Of a DNA stretch of 64,000 bases, positions 57,655 to 64,000 are shown one piece after another. This DNA is from Candidatus Poriferisocius sp. (GTDB lineage: Bacteria > Actinomycetota > Acidimicrobiia > Acidimicrobiales > Bin134). Under the pieces are notes generated by a model. It was not told where the DNA came from. It saw only the letters and a list, made by a program, of their open reading frames with translations, and searched no databases. The DNA lies in assembly GCF_965219775.1 (NCBI RefSeq), contig NZ_OZ244793.1, positions 2,039,634 to 2,103,633 of the forward strand, in the 5' to 3' direction. Position 1 is the first letter of the stretch; every line of letters starts with the position of its first letter. A program made the translations under genes and the position numbers.

Positions 57655-60600
57655 ATGACCATCACCGTTGTCGGGAGCGCCTACGGAGCGCCCGCCACCC
57701 AGCGTCTGGCCGAGCAGATTTCGGCATTCAAGGCAGGCAATCCCTTGGCTCCGGTGACCGTGGTGGTGCCCACCAACATCGCAGGCCTGGCCACCCGACG
57801 GGCCCTCGCCACCCAGGGCCCCGGTATCGCCGCGGTGGACTTCCTCAAGCTGTTCGACATGGCCGAGCGCCTGGCCGGCCGAGCCATGGCCGACGACCAT
57901 CAACGCAAGCCGCTGTCCGATTCGATCATTCGAGCCACCGTTCGCCAGGCACTGAGCGATCGGCCCGGTGTGTTTCGGGAGTCGGCTCAGCACCCGGCAA
58001 CCGAACAAGCCCTGGTGCGCTCCTACCACGACCTGCGCGACCTGTCCGACGAGCAACAGGCCAAGCTGGCCGAACAGAGCGAGCGGGCCGCCGATGTGGT
58101 GCGCATCTGCGGCCAGGTCAGAGAACAACTGCAGCACCAGTGGTACGACGGTCAGGATCTGGTCGACCTGGCTGCCAAGTCCCTGCCCACCGAGTCGGGC
58201 CGGGCGGTGGCCGCCGGCTTCGGCCCGGTGATCGTCCACCTGCCGCAGCGGATCACCCGTCCTCAGGCTCGATTGCTGGCCGCGCTGGCCGGCGTCACCC
58301 CCATGGCCGTGCTGATCGGCCTCACCGGCGACGACAAAGCCGACGCCCCGGTGTTGGCGTCCGCTCGCCGCATGGGCGTCGAACCCGAAGGCCTGCCGGA
58401 GATCGACCGGCCCCACGCCGAGCGGGTGATCAGCACGGTCAGCACCGACGAGGAGGTCCGGGTGGCGGTCCGCGAGGTGGTCAACGCCGCACGCGGTGGC
58501 ACACCCCTGGCCCGAATCGCCGTGCTGTGCGGCGGTGGGCCGACGGTGGTCCGCCGGTTGCACAGCCAACTCGAAGCCGCCGGCATCGTCTACAACGGTC
58601 CCAGTGGGCTGACCCTGGCCGACTCCCTTGTGGGTCGCGGGCTGGGGGCATTGCTCCACCTGCCGGGCCGGGACTTTCGCCGCGACGAGGTGTTCGCCCT
58701 GTTGTCGGTGGCGCAACCCACGGTGGCCGCCCCCGACGGATCCGGCAATGGTGAGGCCGCGGTCCCCGCGCCGGTGATGGCCTGGGAACGAGCCTCGCGG
58801 GACGCGGGCGTGGCCCGGGGAGCCGACCAATGGCAGGAACGACTGGGGAGGCACGCCGCCGAATTGCGGGCCGAGGCCGAAGCCGCCACTCAGGGCGACG
58901 ATCCCGACGAGGCCGACTTGCGCATCCAGGCCCTGAAGCGAGCAGCCGGTCACGCGGAGTCGTTGGCCGAATTCATGGCCGGGCTGATCACCGACCTGTC
59001 CCCCGTCCCCGCGCCGGACACCTGGTCTTCATGGAGCGACTGGGTCACCGACCTGGTGGAGACGTACCTGGGCGACCGGCAATCCCGGCGCCGTTGGCCG
59101 GAGCAGGAACAGGAGGCGGCCACCGCCGTACTCGGCATCCTCAGCCGCCTGCGGGGCCTGGACGAAGTCGAAGCCAAGCCTCGACCCTCCACCTTCCGCC
59201 AGACCTTGGTCTCGGAGTTGACCGCGGCCACCACCCGCATCGGGCAGGTCGGACGCGGGGTGCTGACCGGAACGATCGGTGAGTCCCTGGGCATGGAACT
59301 CGATCAGGTCGTCCTGCTCGGCTTGTCGGAGGGTGAGTTCCCCCACACCCTCCACGACGACCCCCTGCTGCCCGACCGGGAGCGTCAGGCCGCGGGCGAC
59401 GACCTGGCCCTACTCGGCGACCGGCCCGCCGAGCAACACCGTCAATTCCTGGCCGCGCTGGCCTCGTCACAGGGGGCCACCCTGATCTACGCCCGGGGAA
59501 ACTCCCGGCGAGCGGCCGAGCAGCATCCCTCCCGCTGGCTCCTGGACACCGCCACGGCCTTGGCCGGATCCCGGGTGGACAGCACCCATCTCGAAAGCCT
59601 GGCCAACGACAGCCACGCCCCTTGGTTCGAACACGTTCCCTCCTTCTGTTCACGGGTGATGCACGCCGAGTTCCCGGCCACCGTCCAGGAGTTTCGCCTG
59701 CAGGCCCTCGCCCTGGGCGACACCCCCGGAGACTCTGATCTCGGCCAAGACCCGGCGCTGGCCCGAGGCGTGGAGCTGATGCAGGCCCGAGCGTCGGATG
59801 GGTTCACCCGCTTCGACGGCAACCTGGCCGGGGTGGATCTCAGCCACACCATCGGCACGGTGATGTCGCCCACCAGTTTGGCGACGTGGGCCGAATGCCC
59901 CCTGCGCTACTTCTTCCGCCACGTCCTGCGGGTCGCCACCATCGAACAGCCGGAGGACGTGACGGAGATCACCGCGTCGGAGAAGGGATCGCTGATCCAC
60001 AACGCCCTGGACACCTTCCTGCAGGAGCAGCTTGCCCAGAACCAGGTCCCTGGTCCCGGACAACCCTGGACCGAAGAGCAGCGCAGTCGGCTCTTGGAGA
60101 TCGGCCAGGAGCTGTGCCAAGAAGCTGAGGACCGAGGCATCACCGGATCACCGGTGGTCTGGGGTGACCGTCGCGGCCGGATTCTGGCCGACCTGGTCCG
60201 CTTCATCGATGAGGACAATGACCTGCGAAGGGAGCTGAACACCGCCCCGGTGGCCAGCGAGCTGGCTTTCGGAATGGACGACAGTCCGCTGGATGAGGTG
60301 GCCGTCGAGCTGCCATCGGGCCGACGGGTGCGGTTCCGGGGTCGGGCCGACCGGATCGACCAGGGACCGGACGGCGAACTGGTGGCCCTCGACTACAAAT
60401 CTGGCAAGGCCGAGAAGTACACGGGGGTGAATCGCCCCAAAAGGGGCTCCAAAAAGGAGAAGGGTTGGGATCCCGTTTTGCAAGGCACCCGGTTGCAGCT
60501 CCCGGTCTACGGGCTGGCCGCCCGAGCCCAAGCGGGCAACCCGCGAGCGCCGGTGACCACCAGGTACTGGTTTGTCAACTCCGAGGAGGAGTTCAAGGCC

Positions 60601-60879
60601 TACGGCTATGCCCTCGACCAGCAAGTGATGGAGCGCTTCGGCCAGGCGGTGACCACCATTGTCGAGGGAGTGGACGCGGGCGTGTTCTGCGACCGGCCCC
60701 GGGAAGACACCATGGGCCGCTACAGCCAGCATTGCGAATATTGCAATGCCGATCGGGTCGGCACCCACGACCGGAGATGGGACTGGGACCGCCTGCGAGC
60801 CCAACCCGAGCTGCGCGATTATCGCGATTTGGTCGAGCCCCCCGACGACGACCCCGCGTCCAAGGAGGTTTCGCCATGA
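57655..60879 (+). CDS. AddB/AdnA-like helicase-nuclease subunit (degenerate helicase N-terminus, C-terminal PD-(D/E)XK nuclease with 4 Cys)
   Basis: No intact Walker A was seen at the N-terminus. The C-terminal nuclease is GRADRIDQ...LDYKSGK. The Cys pattern is WAECPLRYFF ... FCDRP ... CEYC (AddB-like Fe-S arrangement). An ATGA overlap links it to the next gene. Confidence 0.8.
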   Translation: MTITVVGSAYGAPATQRLAEQISAFKAGNPLAPVTVVVPTNIAGLATRRALATQGPGIAAVDFLKLFDMAERLAGRAMADDHQRKPLSDSIIRATVRQALSDRPGVFRESAQHPATEQALVRSYHDLRDLSDEQQAKLAEQSERAADVVRICGQVREQLQHQWYDGQDLVDLAAKSLPTESGRAVAAGFGPVIVHLPQRITRPQARLLAALAGVTPMAVLIGLTGDDKADAPVLASARRMGVEPEGLPEIDRPHAERVISTVSTDEEVRVAVREVVNAARGGTPLARIAVLCGGGPTVVRRLHSQLEAAGIVYNGPSGLTLADSLVGRGLGALLHLPGRDFRRDEVFALLSVAQPTVAAPDGSGNGEAAVPAPVMAWERASRDAGVARGADQWQERLGRHAAELRAEAEAATQGDDPDEADLRIQALKRAAGHAESLAEFMAGLITDLSPVPAPDTWSSWSDWVTDLVETYLGDRQSRRRWPEQEQEAATAVLGILSRLRGLDEVEAKPRPSTFRQTLVSELTAATTRIGQVGRGVLTGTIGESLGMELDQVVLLGLSEGEFPHTLHDDPLLPDRERQAAGDDLALLGDRPAEQHRQFLAALASSQGATLIYARGNSRRAAEQHPSRWLLDTATALAGSRVDSTHLESLANDSHAPWFEHVPSFCSRVMHAEFPATVQEFRLQALALGDTPGDSDLGQDPALARGVELMQARASDGFTRFDGNLAGVDLSHTIGTVMSPTSLATWAECPLRYFFRHVLRVATIEQPEDVTEITASEKGSLIHNALDTFLQEQLAQNQVPGPGQPWTEEQRSRLLEIGQELCQEAEDRGITGSPVVWGDRRGRILADLVRFIDEDNDLRRELNTAPVASELAFGMDDSPLDEVAVELPSGRRVRFRGRADRIDQGPDGELVALDYKSGKAEKYTGVNRPKRGSKKEKGWDPVLQGTRLQLPVYGLAARAQAGNPRAPVTTRYWFVNSEEEFKAYGYALDQQVMERFGQAVTTIVEGVDAGVFCDRPREDTMGRYSQHCEYCNADRVGTHDRRWDWDRLRAQPELRDYRDLVEPPDDDPASKEVSP

Positions 60880-63800
60880 GTTCCCCGGTTTCGGCCCACC
60901 CCGATCAGGCTGACCGGCAGGCCATAGCCGGCGACCTGGCAGCCACGTTGTTCGTGGAGGCCGGGGCTGGCTCGGGCAAGACCACTGCGCTGGTGGAGAG
61001 GATCGTGGCCTTGCTGGACAGCGGCATCGCCATGGAGAACATCGCCGCCATCACCTTCACCGAGAAGGCCGCCGAGGAGCTGAAGAACCGGCTGCGCCAA
61101 AGCCTCACCGCAACCGGCAAGCATCCCGAGGCCCTCGACCAACTGGACGGGGCGGCCATCACCACCCTGCACGGGTTCGCCCTGCGAATCCTGTCGCAGC
61201 ACGCTATCGAGGCCCGATTGCCCCCACGCATCGAGGTCACCCCCATGAGCGCCTTCAGCGAGCGGTGGGACCAGTTCCGTGACCGCCTCTGGCACGACCC
61301 CGACCATCAGGAACTCATGGCGTTGGCCCTGGCCATGGGCATCACCACCCAAAACCTGCGGGAATTGGCCAAAGGGCTGGACAGCAACTGGGACCTGGTG
61401 GTCGAGCGCGCGGTGGCCGGAGCGCCTCCCACGACGCCCATCGAATTACCCAACTTCCACCGCCTGTTGGCGGACTGCCGAGATGTGGCCGACCTCGAAC
61501 GATTCTGTGCTGCGGCCCCCAGCGACGGCGGCGCAGGCGACGGCATGGCGAACCGGCTCCAAGAGATTGGCAACAAGGCCGATGAGCTGAGCAATACCCA
61601 CGGCGATTGGCTGCAACCGGTCCGCGTCCTGTTCAGGGATTGGCCCAGCTTCAAGGTGGGCAATACCGGCAATAGGAAGAACTGGACCGACAAGCACACG
61701 ATTGATGAGGTGCGCACCCAGGTGATGGCCCTGGGGGCGCAGGTCGCCGCCATCAAGGACGGATTGGCCGACGCCGTCATCAACCGGCTGGCCGGGGTGC
61801 TGGGGTCCTTTGTGCTACAAGCGGCCGAGGAGCGTCGACGCCGGGGAGTCCTGGAGTTCCACGACCTGCTGGTGCTGGCCCAACTCCTGTTGCGAGACGG
61901 CGAGCACGGGGCCCAAGTTCGGGCCGCGCTGGCCGAACGCTACCCGCGACTGCTGCTCGACGAGTTCCAGGACACCGACCCCATCCAAGTCGACCTGGCC
62001 AAACTCATCGCCACCGATCCGGATGATCGCCGGCCCTGGCCCGAGCTGGAAGACGACGCCGGTCGGCTGTTCTTCGTCGGTGACCCCAAGCAGTCGATCT
62101 ACCGATTCCGCCGAGCCGACCTCGGCGTGTACACCCAAGCGGCCGCAGCGGCCACGGTCACCCGAAAATCGCTCACCCGCAACTTCCGGTCGGCGGCACC
62201 CATCCTGGAGTGGGTCAACCAGCTCTTCGATAGCCTGATGGCTCCGCCCGGCCCCGATCAGGAGCACGTCCAGCCCCTCTACCAGTCCCTGGAGCCGATA
62301 CGCGACGGCCCACCGGTGGGTGCGCCGGTGGCCGTGCTCGACCGAGCCCACCCCCAGGGAACCAAGGTCGACGTCATACGCGAAGCCGAAGCCGAGGACG
62401 TGGCCGCGGCCATCCTGACCGCCGTCTCCAAGGGTTGGTCGGTGGGCGACGGCACCGACGAGCAGGGTGGGGACCGCTGGCGTCCCGCCCGGCTGGAGGA
62501 CATCTGCATCCTGGTGCCCGACCGCATCTCGCTACCCCAGCTCCAACAGACCCTGGAACGCCACCGCATACCCTTCCGGTTGGAGGCGGGCTCCCTGATC
62601 TGGGCCGACCGGACCATCCGGGACGTGATCACCGTCGTCCGGTCCCTGGCCGATCCCACCGATGAGGTGGCTCTGGTCAATGCGCTGCGATCACCGGCCC
62701 TTGGCTGTGGTGACGACGACCTGTTCAACTACAGGGTCACCTATCACGGGCAGTGGAACTACTTGGCGCGACACCCGGAGTCCTTGCCCAGTGACCATCC
62801 GGTGGCCGACGCCTTGGCCTGGCTGCGAGGCCTCCACCGCCAATGCCGCTGGCTGAGCCCCAGCCAGTTGCTCGAGCACATCGTGCGGGAGCGGCGGCTG
62901 ATGGAATCCCACTGCTTCGGTCGCGGTCGAGCCCGTGATGCGTGGCACATCCTGCAGGTGGTGATCGATCAGGCTCGACAGTTCGAGGAGACCGGGGGAC
63001 GGGGCCTGCGAGAGTTCATTTCCTGGGTGGACCTCAAGGTGGCCGAGGAGGCCAGGGAGACCGACGTGGACGTGTCGGACACCGACGACCACGCCGTGCG
63101 CATCGCCACCATCCACGCCGCCAAGGGCCGGGAGTTCCCCATCGTCATCCTCTCGGGCACCTCCGCGAAGCCCAAGGCTTCAAAAGCCACGCTCATGTGG
63201 CCTGCCGAGGGTGGCTTTGCCGTGCAGTTCAACGAGAGTTTGCGGACCGAAAACGCGGCTGAACAGAAGAAAGTAGAGGGAGCATTCGACGCCGCCGAGC
63301 GCGTTCGTCTGCTGTACGTGGCCACGACTCGGGCCATGGATCATCTGGTGGTTTCCGCTCATCGAGAGGCACCGCCCAAGGGCGGGCGGAAGAACCCCTC
63401 GATGGCCGACCTGATCGTCGACCATGCCCCGCCCGCGTCCGAGGACACCCCGCCAACGACCGAAGTCGCCTTGGAGCTAGATCCGTTGCCCGTGGTAGCC
63501 GCCCTGCGCCCACAATCCGGTGAGGCCTCACCCTCACTGTCCGATTGGCAAGACGAGCGGAACGCAGTTCTGACCGCCGCTGACCGACACCTGGCGGTGG
63601 GGGCCTCGGCCCTCCCCGGCCTCCTCCTGCCCCCCGACGAATCCTCGGCTGAAAGCGATCCGGGCTTGAGCAAGGACCGGCCCGCCGACGGTGACGACCG
63701 GCGAGCACCCTGGAACAAGGGTCGCTACGGCACCAAGGTGGGCGCCGCCGTCCACGGTGTGCTGCAAACGGTGGCCCTGGATGCCGAACCCGACCAGATC

Positions 63801-64000
63801 CAACCGGTGGCCGCCGCCCAAGCCGAGGCCGAGGGGGTCCTCCGGGACCAGAGCGCCGTCGGCAAGCTGGCCCGATCGGTCTTGGCGGCCAGCACCGTGC
63901 AGGAGGCAGCCGCCGCCGAGCACTGGAAGGAGGTGTACGTGGCCACCACCGTGGGCGACACCGTGCTGGAGGGCTACATCGACCTGCTCTACCGCAGCCC
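60876..64000 (+). CDS. AddA/AdnB-like UvrD-family helicase-nuclease subunit (partial, continues past window end)
   Basis: I translated the first ~410 codons by hand and found no stop. No other forward ORF in the track occupies this frame, which is consistent with it staying open to the window end. Walker A is EAGAGSGKTTALVER. Also present are LLDEFQDTDP, FFVGDPKQSIYRFRRAD and later IHAAKGREFP. Confidence 0.85.
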   Translation, partial: MSSPVSAHPDQADRQAIAGDLAATLFVEAGAGSGKTTALVERIVALLDSGIAMENIAAITFTEKAAEELKNRLRQSLTATGKHPEALDQLDGAAITTLHGFALRILSQHAIEARLPPRIEVTPMSAFSERWDQFRDRLWHDPDHQELMALALAMGITTQNLRELAKGLDSNWDLVVERAVAGAPPTTPIELPNFHRLLADCRDVADLERFCAAAPSDGGAGDGMANRLQEIGNKADELSNTHGDWLQPVRVLFRDWPSFKVGNTGNRKNWTDKHTIDEVRTQVMALGAQVAAIKDGLADAVINRLAGVLGSFVLQAAEERRRRGVLEFHDLLVLAQLLLRDGEHGAQVRAALAERYPRLLLDEFQDTDPIQVDLAKLIATDPDDRRPWPELEDDAGRLFFVGDPKQSIYRFRRADLGVYTQAAAAATVTRKSLTRNFRSAAPILEWVNQLFDSLMAPPGPDQEHVQPLYQSLEPIRDGPPVGAPVAVLDRAHPQGTKVDVIREAEAEDVAAAILTAVSKGWSVGDGTDEQGGDRWRPARLEDICILVPDRISLPQLQQTLERHRIPFRLEAGSLIWADRTIRDVITVVRSLADPTDEVALVNALRSPALGCGDDDLFNYRVTYHGQWNYLARHPESLPSDHPVADALAWLRGLHRQCRWLSPSQLLEHIVRERRLMESHCFGRGRARDAWHILQVVIDQARQFEETGGRGLREFISWVDLKVAEEARETDVDVSDTDDHAVRIATIHAAKGREFPIVILSGTSAKPKASKATLMWPAEGGFAVQFNESLRTENAAEQKKVEGAFDAAERVRLLYVATTRAMDHLVVSAHREAPPKGGRKNPSMADLIVDHAPPASEDTPPTTEVALELDPLPVVAALRPQSGEASPSLSDWQDERNAVLTAADRHLAVGASALPGLLLPPDESSAESDPGLSKDRPADGDDRRAPWNKGRYGTKVGAAVHGVLQTVALDAEPDQIQPVAAAQAEAEGVLRDQSAVGKLARSVLAASTVQEAAAAEHWKEVYVATTVGDTVLEGYIDLLYRS

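Overview
This is a high-GC, actinobacterial-type chromosomal segment that is densely coding. I call 46 protein genes, many joined by 4-nt GTGA/ATGA stop-start overlaps. I saw no rRNA, tRNA, CRISPR array, transposase or integrase. Most long ORFs in the six-frame track are antisense artefacts of GC-rich DNA (Arg/Gly/Pro/His-rich) and were discarded.

Core content, in order:
- Envelope and lipid genes: uppP, a flippase-like protein with a PAP2 protein, two GT-C-like membrane proteins, an Rpf-like transglycosylase, and a GT2.
- The TldD/PmbA protease pair, dxs, a UvrD-like helicase with an HRDC tail, and an NfuA-like Fe-S protein.
- A DrrAB-like ABC-2 exporter.
- A leaderless GH3 / SCP2-GH10 / PhyH operon.
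- A heavily fused LIV-type ABC importer operon: lipoprotein binding protein, MFS::LivF fusion, LivH::LivM::LivG fusion, TetR regulator and a Cys-type sulfatase.
- hemH, an acyl-CoA ligase, and a second type IIA topoisomerase pair in A-then-B order.
- A Cas4-like nuclease, an APH-like kinase and an AddAB/AdnAB-like helicase-nuclease, which runs off the window end.

The stand-out region is a compositionally distinct island of about 6.5 kb (about 33.5-40.0 kb). Hand-counted lines there give 50-58% G+C, against 72-75% in the flanks. It holds only conflict-type modules:
- a single-chain MNT-HEPN fusion;
- a cytoplasmic AAA+ ATPase plus S8 subtilase pair (IetAS-like, mechanism unknown);
- across a 330-390-nt untranslated gap, a translationally coupled three-gene cassette: a small orphan ORF, an HTH-DUF433 protein and a DUF5615/PIN-like protein.

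All functional calls rest on motif-level recognition by eye. No database search was run.
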